Below are positions 42,366 to 53,163 of a stretch of 64,000 nucleotides of DNA, one piece after another. The DNA is taken from the NCBI GenBank assembly GCA_965248195.1, contig CBDFIQ010000002.1, forward strand, positions 2,752,001 to 2,816,000. Reading direction: 5' to 3'. This stretch comes from Longimicrobiales bacterium (GTDB taxonomy: Bacteria; Gemmatimonadota; Gemmatimonadetes; Longimicrobiales; Gaopeijiaceae). The position numbers were made by a program, and so were the translations under genes. The first letter of the stretch is position 1. Every line of letters begins with the position of its first letter. The notes beneath the pieces are model-generated. The model saw nothing but the letters and a program-made list of their open reading frames with translations. It made no database searches and was not told where the DNA came from.

Positions 42366-42711
42366 CCGGCCGCCCCCTCTTCCTTGAACACCATGACCAT
42401 GGCGATGGCGATGACGGCGAGGTTGGTGCAGGCTAGAGGCCATCAGGAGTAGACGCTATCAGCGACGAACAACCGTCGGTATGTTGTGTCGATGACCCGG
42501 ATTGCCCTCCTCGAGCGTCTAGGCGCCCTCGCTCCGGCTGGTCTGCTCGTCGCGCCCCTCGTGCTCCTCGGTTCTCCGATGGCGGCGCTCGCCCAGGACG
42601 ATGTGGGCTCCGCCGCGTGGCTTAGGGGATGCTGGGTCGCCTCGGCCGGCGACGTACGCTCGGAGGAGGTCCGGAACCTGTCAACGACAATGGGACACTC
42701 TACGGGATTAA

Positions 42712-43719
42712 TTAGAGAGCAATATCCTGTGTGGTGAGGGAAGGGATGGGAGGATTGATGTAGACGGCCTCCGGGAGCGGTTTGGGCTTCGGCACACCTG
42801 TGACGAAGCGTTCGGGATGAGCGGCCCATGCTTCGCGGAGCACGGATTTCCTGCCGGCAATGACCTGATCGGCGTTCCCGAAGTGGACCTGCTCGGGGGT
42901 TAGCATCGAGATACCGCCATGGCGGTGCTCGGCATTGTACCAGCGGAAGAACGATCGACACAACGTCTTGGCCTGGCCCTGATCCCCGAACCGCCCGGGA
43001 AACGAGGGATGGTACTTCAAGGTTTTGAACTGAGCCTCGGAAAACGGGTTGTCATCCGACACCTGAGGCCGGCTCAACGAGCGAGTCACGCCGAGGTCAG
43101 CGAGAAGTTGAGCGGTGCATTGGCTCGTCATTGGAGCTCCCCGATCCGAGTGCAGGGTCAGGACCCGGGGCTGGACGCCATGCTTCAGGCAGCTCTGCTG
43201 GATCAACCGGCCGGCCAGGGCCGAGTTCTCCCGGTCCGCCACCATCCAGCCCACGACGTAGCGGCTGTAGATGTCCATGATGACGTAGAGGTAGTAATAG
43301 CTCCACTTCTTCGGCCCGAGTAGCCGCGTGATATCCCAGGACCACACCTGGTTCGGCGCCGTGGCCATCAACTCGGGCTTCTTGTACTCGGGATGGGTGC
43401 GCTGCGCCCGGCGTTCCTGAACCGGCACCTCGGAGGCCAGAACACGATACATCGTGCGTTCGCTGCACAGGTAGACCTCTTCGTCGAGCAGCGTGGCCAC
43501 CACCTCGGCGGGTGAGCGGTCCACGAACCGCTCCGAACACAGCGTGTCGAAGACCTCGCCTCGTTCCGTCTCGCTCAATGCCCGGGCGGGCGTCGGGCGG
43601 GGCTGCCGTTGCCCGGTCGATGGGCCTCGACGACGGTAGAACGTCGATCGGGAGACCTCGAGAGCCGCGCACGCCGGTTTTACACCGACGTGCTTAGCCA
43701 GCTCATCGGCCGCCTTCAA
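42712..43719 (-). CDS. IS3 family transposase OrfB (DDE)
   Basis: WSWDIT, DIYSRYVVGW, HSDRG, DNPFSEAQFKTLK. Confidence 0.93.
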   Translation of the reverse strand: MKAADELAKHVGVKPACAALEVSRSTFYRRRGPSTGQRQPRPTPARALSETERGEVFDTLCSERFVDRSPAEVVATLLDEEVYLCSERTMYRVLASEVPVQERRAQRTHPEYKKPELMATAPNQVWSWDITRLLGPKKWSYYYLYVIMDIYSRYVVGWMVADRENSALAGRLIQQSCLKHGVQPRVLTLHSDRGAPMTSQCTAQLLADLGVTRSLSRPQVSDDNPFSEAQFKTLKYHPSFPGRFGDQGQAKTLCRSFFRWYNAEHRHGGISMLTPEQVHFGNADQVIAGRKSVLREAWAAHPERFVTGVPKPKPLPEAVYINPPIPSLTTQDIAL

Positions 43720-44165
43720 GAGTTCGTCCCGTCGTCGAGGCTTATCCCCAGCAGCCCCGCAACTTTTCCCTGCACGTCGATGATCAGGTGTGCCTTCCTG
43801 AGCTCATTCTCGAGCCGTGCGTTTTGCCGCTCCAGCTTGCGTACCTTCTCATCCAGCGGATTCCGCTCCGGCTTGCGGCCGCGTTTCTTCGACAGGGCCT
43901 TCAGCGACCCGCTATGCGCCGCCTTGCGCCACGTCGTCAGGTGCGACGAGTACAGGCCCTCGCGCCGCAGGAGCTGACCCACCTCGCCGGGCTCGGTGCA
44001 CCGGTCCGCTTCTTCGACGATCCGCAGCTTGTACGATGGACTGAACCGCCGGCGTAGCGGCCTATCTACTACCTCCGGGTCCGCAGGAGCTGCCGCGCTT
44101 CGCTTGGCCTCCCCGATTCCAGGGGCACTACCATTCTCTTCCATTCTCTCTCGCAGTCCCAACAT
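43716..44165 (-). CDS. IS3 family OrfA (HTH)
   Basis: RRRFSPSYKLRIV, LLRREGLYSSHL, coiled coil; 4-nt overlap with orfB. Confidence 0.9.
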   Translation of the reverse strand: MLGLRERMEENGSAPGIGEAKRSAAAPADPEVVDRPLRRRFSPSYKLRIVEEADRCTEPGEVGQLLRREGLYSSHLTTWRKAAHSGSLKALSKKRGRKPERNPLDEKVRKLERQNARLENELRKAHLIIDVQGKVAGLLGISLDDGTNS

Positions 44166-44612
44166 GTTCGTTTTCTCTGCCTTCGCCCTACTCTAATTCT
44201 TTGCGTGCTCCGTGTCTCACGTACGTTGGCAGAGAGGGGTCTGGATGGAGCCCGATGGAGGGCTGATGGTAGGCATGGCACGCACCGTGCGCGGGGGCAT
44301 GGCGACGGGACACGAGTTTCTTCTGCTACAACGGAAGGACGGGCGCCTCACATACTTGGCCTATCCCTCTGGGCAGGACTCGACGGACTTCCAGGCCACA
44401 GAGGTGTCGACACAAAGGCTACGCTTCGAGAACCCACAGCACGATTTCCCGCAGGCGATAGAATACGAACGGACTTCGCCCGACTCGCTCACCGCGAAGG
44501 TTTACGGGGAGATCGGATCGCGTGAGCCCGCCTTCGTCCTGCGTTATGTACGAAGGGCCTGTTGAAGGCGACGGCGAGCGGATCATGGAGCTGATCACGG
44601 CCGGGGGAGGCC

Positions 44613-45608
44613 CTACCTCGTGTCCGTAACCGGGCTCAGGCATCCCATCGCACGGGCGGAGTCTTCGGGTGTCGTCGAGCCCGACTCCGAGTATTGCACC
44701 ACCCAGTTCTGGGGCACCTCGAGCCAGTCATCGGTATTGATGAACGACCCGATGCCTGCCCCCAAGGCGAGACCACCGAGGGCCCCCGCGATTCCGCCGG
44801 CAATGCCGTAGATTTCCCGGCGTAGATGAAGCGACGACTCGCGCTCGTATTTGGAGTCCCCAATGACCGCCCCCGCCGCGGCTCCGAGAAGCGCACCGAT
44901 GAGCCCACCCTCACGGCTTCGCGAGCGGGGTCTCCGGACCTCGACCCTGGTCACGTTCACGACCGGCACGGCGACGCGTTGGTTTTGCAAGCCGACACTC
45001 AATAGCAACTCGCCACCGCCCGCCCCTTCGAAGAACCCCTCGGCAATCCGCGCGTCCTGAGCCTGGGGCGAAAAGCATTCGACGCGAAGAAGATCCCCCG
45101 CGACCGGTCGGCTAGCCGGAGCAGCCGCTGGGATCACGGCGCCGGCCGGGATCGCCTCGCCCGCCAACCTAGAGGTCCGGGGAAGGCGTATGTAAAACAG
45201 CTCGATGGTGGGATAGGTCTGTCGAATCTCCCACTCGTATCGCTCGCCCGGGTAGACGGTGACAAAGGATTGGGTGGGTTGTCGGCGCCTGGTAGCGGCG
45301 CCTGTGAGAGCGGGGGGCGTAGACAGGACATTCAACGACAGCCGAAATTCGAGATCTCGATGGGGAGTCACGAATGTCCTGGTCTCGCGCCCGCGGACTT
45401 CGCCGAGCGGCACTCGCCCACCGGCCCCCCGCCACTCGACATAAGCGGTGACCGTTCCAGGGGTGCGGTTGATGACGACCATCTCTACCACGGCACCCGA
45501 GTCGAGAGCATCGGAAGCGCTGTTCGCCTGGCTCGCAGAGGTGCCGCCTGACACAAGGCCCATTGAAAGGAGCAGAACCCCCCCCAACTGCTGGCTCTTA
45601 CGCTCCAT
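44613..45608 (-). CDS. Exported hypothetical protein with glycine-zipper helices
   Basis: Signal-like N-terminus; GGLIGALLGAAAGAVIG and GGIAGALGGLALGAGIG. Confidence 0.7.
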   Translation of the reverse strand: MERKSQQLGGVLLLSMGLVSGGTSASQANSASDALDSGAVVEMVVINRTPGTVTAYVEWRGAGGRVPLGEVRGRETRTFVTPHRDLEFRLSLNVLSTPPALTGAATRRRQPTQSFVTVYPGERYEWEIRQTYPTIELFYIRLPRTSRLAGEAIPAGAVIPAAAPASRPVAGDLLRVECFSPQAQDARIAEGFFEGAGGGELLLSVGLQNQRVAVPVVNVTRVEVRRPRSRSREGGLIGALLGAAAGAVIGDSKYERESSLHLRREIYGIAGGIAGALGGLALGAGIGSFINTDDWLEVPQNWVVQYSESGSTTPEDSARAMGCLSPVTDTR

Positions 45609-45813
45609 GACTCACCCTCATGCGGAAAGGAAAAACGGCCGTGTCAAACTTGGTCTCAGGGTAAAGTACGCCGCACCCCGCCGCAAGATTTACCCGGTGC
45701 CGGGAAACCGAGCTTGAGGGGATGTCTTGAATTTCACTGTAAGTCAGTGCCGTTCTTGCAGATGAGGGGGTTACGATGGGTCTCGCGCGAGAATCGCGCG
45801 GAGTGCTCGTGTC

Positions 45814-46953
45814 TCAGAACTCCGGTCTGAAAATCCACAGGCCGCTGGTTACCTCCGACACGTAGACTAAGCCGTCGTGAAGCTGGGCACCCCAACTGCG
45901 TGCCTGATTAAACTCCCCGTAACCGCTGATGGAGCCGACTAGCCGTCCCTGTGCGTCAAGTCGACCAAGAAGCTCTCCACTAACGTCAATGGCCTTGAGT
46001 CCCTGCCTCCACCATGCCACGTAGAGAATACCTCGCGCCTCATCCAGCCAGAAGTTGTGCGGGTTCCCTGCGTTATCCACGAAGGTGGCGACCTCGACCG
46101 GGTTGGACAGATCGCTGACGTCCACCACGTGCAGCACCCCCGGACGGTTGCTTTCCTCGCCGACGAATACGTACCCTGCGTCGGGCCAGTACCAGGCGTT
46201 GTGGGTGTTTCCTCCCTCCATTTGCACTCGGCCGACCTCGACGGGATTTGTTGGAGAACCCCCGGCAATACCATTGCCGACATCGAGAATCACCAACCCG
46301 GCATTCCAGTGGCTGACGAACGCGAGACCGTCGCGCACGTACACGTCATGAGCACCGCTCGAGCCGGCGTAATACCCCGCCACGACCTGCGGAGCAACGG
46401 GGTCGCTGATGTCGATAACGGAAATCCTCCCACCGTTAGCCGCACCCCCGGCTGCGTACACGTAGTCACCCTCGATCCACGCGTTGTGCACGCCCCCTTC
46501 GAGCGACGTCAAACTTCGCGATATCACCGATGGCTGCAGGGGATTGCTCAGGTCGATGAGCGTGACTCCGTTTAGCCCCTCGTTCGATCCCTGGTGCGTA
46601 ATCACCCCGAGCGTGCCGTCGGCCCGGATCTTCACATCGCCGATCGAACCTACTCCATCCATTACAAGGGACCCTGCCCCTACCGGTGTGGCCGGGTTAC
46701 TTACGTCCCACACCCACAAGGTGTTCGCGGCGGCTCCAGCGCCGCCGAGGTCAACGGTGCCGGTATAGGCGACCGTGCCGTGTACCCAAAGGTCCGAGGT
46801 CACTCTTTGGTTCGGATTTGCGCGTCCGACGACCGTGAACGTCGGGGGTATGGGTATGGGCGGGACCACGTCGGATGGTTCCATGGCGCCCTCACCCCCG
46901 CAAGCAACGAGGAGAGCACAGATGCCCAAGTGCATGAGGCCCGGCCTTTTCAT
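45814..46953 (-). CDS. LVIVD-repeat beta-propeller lipoprotein
   Basis: Lipobox LVAC; repeats such as ISVIDISDP, LVILDV, LHVVDVSD with recurring HN/HD. Confidence 0.85.
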   Translation of the reverse strand: MKRPGLMHLGICALLVACGGEGAMEPSDVVPPIPIPPTFTVVGRANPNQRVTSDLWVHGTVAYTGTVDLGGAGAAANTLWVWDVSNPATPVGAGSLVMDGVGSIGDVKIRADGTLGVITHQGSNEGLNGVTLIDLSNPLQPSVISRSLTSLEGGVHNAWIEGDYVYAAGGAANGGRISVIDISDPVAPQVVAGYYAGSSGAHDVYVRDGLAFVSHWNAGLVILDVGNGIAGGSPTNPVEVGRVQMEGGNTHNAWYWPDAGYVFVGEESNRPGVLHVVDVSDLSNPVEVATFVDNAGNPHNFWLDEARGILYVAWWRQGLKAIDVSGELLGRLDAQGRLVGSISGYGEFNQARSWGAQLHDGLVYVSEVTSGLWIFRPEF

Positions 46954-47041
46954 TACCACGTCTGCGGTGCCTTCAGCACCGACGGGCCGGATCGTATGTG
47001 CGCGCATGAGTGCCTTGCCAGGATCAGATGTACCCGCCCCG

Positions 47042-48246
47042 CTACTTCAAGAATCGAGAGAAGAACTCCTCCATGGCGTCCAACGTGGGCTGGTACCAGG
47101 GAGGCTCGTTTAAATCATGCCCACCACCCTCGGCGAGAAAGAGTTCGGCGGACACGCCCACCGCCTCGAGCGCGTTCTTCATGGCGCCGGACTGCTGGAA
47201 GGGGGAAAGCGGGTCGTCCGTTCCGTGCAAAAGCAGGAACGGTGGCGACCCTCCTCCGACGTATGTAATCGGTGAGGCCAGAGCCCAAAGGTCTGGGTTC
47301 TCCGCGTAGGTGGTGCCCAAGAACCCTTCAATAACTGCGTGGTTGGGAAATGTAACAAAGTCAAAAAGCCCGGCGAATGACGCCACAGCTTGAACCTGGC
47401 TCGAGACGCCCGGGTTACCCCCGTCGCCTTCGAGTTCAGCAATATGAGAGGTTGTGCCGACCATGGCGGCCAGATGACCCCCTGAGGAAGCCCCCGCCAC
47501 TCCGATTCCTTCGGGGTCGATGCGATACGTCGTGGCATTGGCTCGGAGCCAGCGGACGGCCGCCTTGGAGTCCTCCACCTGCGCAGGAAATATGACCGAT
47601 CCCCCCCGTCGGAATTCGATGGTCGCTCTTACGAACCCTTTGGCCGCCATGTCGATAGCTCGCGGCGGGAAAGTATTCACGCCCGGCCCGCTCCAGCCAC
47701 CACCGTGTATGTACACGATCGCCGGAAACGACCCTCCTCGCTGACGGTAATGCTCACCGGATTGCTGGTCACCCCGTCGGCAGAGGCCGTAATGGTCGCC
47801 GAACCGACCCCGGTGGCGCTCACGTCGCCGGCGGAGCTCCCCTCGCCGCTACTCGACACCGTGACCACGGAAGCGTCACTCGAAGTCCAAGTAAGCGTCG
47901 GAAAAAGGCGAACCCCACGAAAAAAGCGAACTCCAGCTCCGTCACGAACGTCCGCGACCAAGACGGCGTCGCGATACTGGGGCAGATACAAAGTCAGGGA
48001 CAGCTCCAGCCCTCCTGGGCTGGCGTACACGTGATCACTGACGGCCTTCCCTGCAGGAGAAGTCCACAACGATAGGCTCGTCGGAAGCTCGATCGTCGCG
48101 CCGACTGGCCCAGTCGGCGTAGTCTCCGCACAGGCATAAACTGCGAGACTCCCCATCAGCGACATAGCGAGCGTCAGCCGTGGCCCGACATGTCCTTGGA
48201 TGAAACGCCATGCGGGAAGCGGTGGGAAGTGACTGCGTTGGATCAT
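47042..48246 (-). pseudogene. Alpha/beta hydrolase with Ig-like domain, 1-nt deletion at ~47730 (start uncertain)
   Basis: Big_2-like TWTSSDASVVTV...GSATITAS, then PAIVYIHGGGW, GASSGG, HGTDD, GGGH in the other frame. Confidence 0.75.
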
Positions 48247-48262
48247 GCGACCTGACGGTCGA

Positions 48263-49327
48263 CTACCGCGCGCCAGCCTTCTCCTCCGCCTCCATGCGCT
48301 CCTGGTAACGCTCACCACTGAGGATGTTGGACAGTGCGTAATTCCCCTCGTGACAGGCGTATTCGTAGACACGGTCGTTCAGCGGCTTGAACGGGATCTC
48401 GCCTCCCCACGGCTCTGAATAGGTCGTGGGGTCGTCGACCGTGAACTCGTACAGGATGGTCTCCTCATCCACGCGTGTGAAACGCTCGGTCACCTTCAGG
48501 TGCTCCGTCGGAGGGATCCCGCGGAACGTCTGTAGGGGATTGAAGTTGGTGGTCTCGACCACGAGCGCATCGCCCTCCCAGCGGCCCCAGGAGTCACCCA
48601 TCCACGGACGCACATGTGACGGAAGCCGTGGGCCGTCACCGATCCGGATGATTCGGGTGTCGTGGACCATCTCCGACATGACCATCAGGTGATCGGCGGT
48701 CTGCACGAATATGTAGTTGTTGTTGTAGAACGTATTGGGAATCATGGGCGGACCGGCGCTGGACCCGAACGACATGATGCACCGTTCTCCGAGCGGGCGG
48801 ACCTCGGGGTGGTCGTACGTCTCGAACTGGTCCCGGAACGCTCTATACTCCTCCATCCGCTTCTCGCCCTCAGGCGTCAGGTCCGGCCGACGGCCATCCG
48901 ACGGATGGGTGAGGAGCGAGCTCCTGTATTCGCCGTTGACGATGGCGATGTTGGTGCCCCGATCGATATAGACGTTGTTGTACCCGCCTACGCTTCCAGT
49001 GGCTTCACTTCCGCCGGCCCGGGGCGCCGATCGATCGGGATCGCTGGGCTGGGCACCGCGCTCGATTCGGGCCACTGCGCTACCCTGCCGCTCCTGGACC
49101 TGCTCCCAGGTGAGAACCGGACTCTCCTGCTCCTCAGAGCGCTCGAACGGAGTGATGGTGACGTTCGTCCAGATCCCTTGGAGGTCCGGATGACCGTCCG
49201 GCGTACGGGGAACGACCCACTCCCCAGCGGCGCTTGCTCGGGCCTGTGCTGCCGCGGAGGCGACCAGTCCTTGGGCCGCGGTCACTAGGCAAAGCGTCAC
49301 AAGTATGGTGGAATAACGTGTGATCAT
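48263..49327 (-). CDS. Conserved exported hypothetical protein (PDLQGxW...YACHEGN family)
   Basis: Signal peptide; GERC, MVHDTRII, MGDSWGRWEGD, YEYACHEGNY; GGAGG RBS. Confidence 0.85.
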   Translation of the reverse strand: MITRYSTILVTLCLVTAAQGLVASAAAQARASAAGEWVVPRTPDGHPDLQGIWTNVTITPFERSEEQESPVLTWEQVQERQGSAVARIERGAQPSDPDRSAPRAGGSEATGSVGGYNNVYIDRGTNIAIVNGEYRSSLLTHPSDGRRPDLTPEGEKRMEEYRAFRDQFETYDHPEVRPLGERCIMSFGSSAGPPMIPNTFYNNNYIFVQTADHLMVMSEMVHDTRIIRIGDGPRLPSHVRPWMGDSWGRWEGDALVVETTNFNPLQTFRGIPPTEHLKVTERFTRVDEETILYEFTVDDPTTYSEPWGGEIPFKPLNDRVYEYACHEGNYALSNILSGERYQERMEAEEKAGAR

Positions 49328-49629
49328 CTTGCCTCCCGCTCTGAGCATTTTCCGGTTCGCATTGGAGCCGCCCACCTATAATCTCACCCGCCGGCCGTTT
49401 GGGCTAGTTCGTCCGAGCGACGATCGCCCAGACTATCGTGGCCGCAGGACGGGCTCGACCCCGGCGCGGGTCATGACCTCACGGATCACCGCGGCCGTCG
49501 GGGGCGAGCTGAGGATGTTCATGCCGATGTGGATGCCGCCCTCTACGATGTCGTTGCGTGCGAGCGTCCAGTTCCAATATCTTGCGATCCAGCCCAGGAA
49601 TTGGCGGCCCTGCCGCGCAAGGGGACCGG

Positions 49630-49875
49630 ATGCCGATCTACGAATACGAGTGCAGTGAGTGCCAGAACCGATTCGAGCTTCTGGTATTCGACTCGACCTC
49701 GCCCGCGTGCCCCGCCTGCGAGGGCACCCACCTCGAGAGGCTCATGTCCCTCTCCTCGGTCAGCTCCGACGGCACTCGGCAGCGGAATCTCGGGCTCGCG
49801 CGAAAGGGAGCGAAGAAGACCCAGATCGAAAAGGCGCACGCCGATCACGAGGCGATGCACCACCACCATCGCTAG
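49630..49875 (+). CDS. FmdB family zinc-ribbon protein
   Basis: MPIYEYECSEC...FE...CPAC; His-rich tail. Confidence 0.9.
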   Translation: MPIYEYECSECQNRFELLVFDSTSPACPACEGTHLERLMSLSSVSSDGTRQRNLGLARKGAKKTQIEKAHADHEAMHHHHR

Positions 49876-50098
49876 CTGACACGCCGACCTCCAGACCGTC
49901 TTGGCGCGGTCGGACGGGGTCGATTCAGTCGAAGGTCGCGCCCCTCTCGACAAGGAACTCGACGATCGAATCGTACCCTCCCCGATCCATCCTCCCAATG
50001 ATCCCTCCCATGAATCCACCCAACTCCAGTTATGACAAGGAGTTATGTCACAATATAACGGCGGGATTGGGAGGCTCTCACAGAGCCGCCGACAGTGT

Positions 50099-51232
50099 CT
50101 AGTCGGTGACCAGAACCTCGGCCGCCTCCGCTAAACGCTCCAGGATCCCACGGTACTCGGAGAAGAGGGTTCTCCGTCCGAAGCCGTATCCATCTCCGAC
50201 CGCCGTCTTGTGGGCCACCACCATATCGAGGGCGGGCAGAACGGTGATGTACTGGCCATAGGCGCCCGCCCCGGTGAACGCAGCTTCGAACGCGCCCACG
50301 GCGGCCGGCCCGTCCCAGACCCACCACATCATGCCGAACCCCACGGAGCCGCCTCGTCGCGACTCGGGATTCATGTCGGCGAGGGGTGTGATCGCGCTCG
50401 TACTCGACTTGATCCAATCGGCGGGCACGAGTTGGACACCATCCCAGCGTCCCTTGCGCAGCATCAACTCGCCAATCCGTGCGAGGTCGCGGGTCGAAAG
50501 CCACATGTGGTACGCCGGATATCGGGAAATCGTCAGGTCACCCGACCTCTTCTGGGCGCCGCGATCGAAGTCCTCCATGCCAAGCGGCACGGCCAGGTCG
50601 TCCCTTAGCGCGTCGTAGATCGCCCGCCCGGTCACCAGCTCGAACACGGCACCGGCGGCGTTGAAGTCCCAATTGTTATACAGGAAGTACTCGCCCGGCT
50701 GCTGCGACCCGCGCGCCGGGGCAGCCCCAGAATCGTCGCCATCGTTCGATGCCGGGTGGTACACGCCGGAGCGAGCCGTGATGAGGTCACGGACTGTGGC
50801 CTGTTTCTCGAGAGGCAAGAGCCCGCTCTCGTCATCCAGACCCAACTCCCCCAGGGTCGCATCGAGGTCGATCGTCCCGTCCGCAACGTACCGCCCATAC
50901 AGGATGGAAAGGATGCTCTTGCGGACGGAGGCGACGTACGTCAACTCAGTCACGTTACCCTGCGAATGAAGCACCTGGCCTCCCGCCACCACAACTAGTC
51001 CCGTTGTGTTGAGGCTCTCGGCATACGACGCGACCTGAGCCAGTCCCGCCGTGCTGAAACCCGCATCTTCGGCGACAGACCAAACCGGCCACGTCGAGTC
51101 CCAGATGCTCCCGTTCGGATCGGTCGGCGACCCGCACGCCTGAATCGCGATCAGAGCAACAACGAGCTTGCTCAAACGGACCAGCTCGCCGGCCCTCCTA
51201 CCCGTCCACCGCATTCGCCCCGTCATCCTCAT
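50099..51232 (-). CDS. Serine hydrolase, beta-lactamase-like family
   Basis: ASVRKS, ARSGVYH, YNNWDFN, GAYGQ. Confidence 0.88.
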   Translation of the reverse strand: MRMTGRMRWTGRRAGELVRLSKLVVALIAIQACGSPTDPNGSIWDSTWPVWSVAEDAGFSTAGLAQVASYAESLNTTGLVVVAGGQVLHSQGNVTELTYVASVRKSILSILYGRYVADGTIDLDATLGELGLDDESGLLPLEKQATVRDLITARSGVYHPASNDGDDSGAAPARGSQQPGEYFLYNNWDFNAAGAVFELVTGRAIYDALRDDLAVPLGMEDFDRGAQKRSGDLTISRYPAYHMWLSTRDLARIGELMLRKGRWDGVQLVPADWIKSSTSAITPLADMNPESRRGGSVGFGMMWWVWDGPAAVGAFEAAFTGAGAYGQYITVLPALDMVVAHKTAVGDGYGFGRRTLFSEYRGILERLAEAAEVLVTD

Positions 51233-51454
51233 CACTGTCCCCTCCTCAGTACCGGACACCCTGACCCGCGCCGCGCATGGCTCTCTCCTACAACGAGCAC
51301 CGGTCGCTGACGTACCAATGGGCGTGCGACCCCCCTCGCCCGTCGCGCGAGTTGGGGCCACCCAGGTAGCATCTAACGGGCGGGTCGTATAGTCTGAGAC
51401 GAAGGCGAATCGAGAGGAGAGACCACCGTAGGAGAGACCACAAGGGATACGAGC

Positions 51455-52944
51455 ATGACCCATTCGAGCACCGCTCGCAGGATATCCATCTCGTTGTTAC
51501 CGATGGTGTTCTTCACACTTCTCGCCCTGGGCGGTTGCGATCCAGCAGCGCCGCCTCAGGACCTTCCCGTGGGCCTTACTCTGAGCACGGCCATGGCGTC
51601 GGACGGCAGCTACATCTCGTGGCGCGAGCATTTGATCGACGACGAGGCCACGGCGGGCGTCGAGCTCAGGGGCAGCGACGGGCTGGTGATGGCCGACTTG
51701 AATCTGGACGGCCACCTGGATGTGGTGTCGGTCCACGAGTCCGACACCGAGTACGATGGCGAGGCAGACGGGATCATCCGTATCGCCTTCGGCTCGGAGG
51801 ATCTCGACGAATGGGTGTCGATTACGGTCGCGCAGGGACCGGATGCCGCGGCTCCGGAGGACGTAGCCATCGGAGACATGAACGGGGACGGGTATCCTGA
51901 CATCGTAGCGGCCAGCGAGCTGGCACACCTGATCTTCTACAGAACCCCGGCGAGGGAGCCACGACGGAGACTTGGCAGAGACTGATACCGGATGTGACCG
52001 TCGACCGGGGATCGTTCATCAGGGTCTTTCTCGCGGACCTGACGCAGGATGGCCGCCTCGAGGTCGTCACGGCCAATAAGGGTGCGCAGAACCCGACGCT
52101 GGATATGGGCGCGAAGCCGATCTCCTGGTTCTCCGTCGAAGGGGATCCCCTCGCGTCCGCGAGTTGGGTCGAGCATGAGCTGACGCGGGTGGGCTGGCCC
52201 ATCAACGCACAGCCGGTCGATCTCGACGCGGACGGGGACTGGGACGTGGTCGGTGGGTCGACGGCCGAGCAGCGGATCATGTGGTTCGAAAACCTGGGCG
52301 GTGGCGAGTTTTTGGAACACCGGATCGAGATTCCCGGGACGGTAGTGTCAGAGGATCGTCGCCGACCGCGCGACCAGGGCGAGCACGCTGCCGTAAACGG
52401 CTTCAACATGGACTACGTGGACCTGAGCGGAGACGGCCGTCTGGACATCGTATTGGTGGAGTCGGGCAACACTCTGGTTTGGATCGAGCAGCCGGTCGGG
52501 ACGGACGCGGCCTGGGATCTGCACGCCATCGGGACGCATTGGCCCGACGCGGTCACGGGCTTCGGCGTGGCCGACATCAACGGGGACGGCAATCCCGACG
52601 TCGTCGCCGGCGGTTACAGCCGCGGGCCCAGAGATCGGGACGGTGAAATGGATCTCTCGGCGTCCATGGGCCGCATCGCCTGGTTCGAGCATCCCGGTGA
52701 CGCGTGCGGACGCTGGATACGGCACGACATCTCACGCCGGAGGCGGGGGATGTTCGACAAGTTCGTGCCCCGGGACATGGACGGGGACGGAGACGCCGAT
52801 TTCGTGGCGACCCGCGGTAACAGTGCGCCTTATGACGGTGTTTTCTGGCTCGAGCAGGTACGGTCGACGGACCAGCGACCCTCCTTCGAGAGGGCCCGTG
52901 AGGCCGATAGCCAAGAAGCGCGACTCCCGGTTGAAGCCCGTTGA
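51455..52944 (+). pseudogene. FG-GAP/VCBS repeat lipoprotein, 1-nt deletion at ~51938
   Basis: DxNxDGxxD repeats in both ORFs; HLIF|LQNPG is restored by adding one C. Confidence 0.82.
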
Positions 52945-53163
52945 GCCCGTCGCTCCAGGGGAAGCTTCACGTGGGATAGCTTCTCGCTCCCGGAAAGACT
53001 CGCGAGTCTCCATCTGGACAGGGTTGTCCCCCTGGTGCGGGTCGGGGATGCCCAGCTCCGGGTAGGTAGGAGCGAAATCGCGTCTCGGGAGTTATGCTAT
53101 GGTTCCTCCCGTCGCCGACGCTCGGCGCCGAGGGTGCGGGGCCCTTTTCCTTAGGAGAGACCG

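Larger units (their letters stand above)
42672..44237 (-). mobile_element. IS3-family insertion sequence
   Basis: orfA/orfB pair; IRs TGTCAACGACAATGGGACAC / TGCCAACGTACGTGAGACAC; GGTC duplicated at 42668-42671 and 44238-44241. Confidence 0.9.
42492..44565 (+). pseudogene. DUF6265-like exported protein interrupted by IS3
   Basis: WLRGCW...SEEV|WMEPDGGLMVG...FENPQHDFPQAIEY rejoins in frame (167 aa) on removing 42672-44241. Confidence 0.85.
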
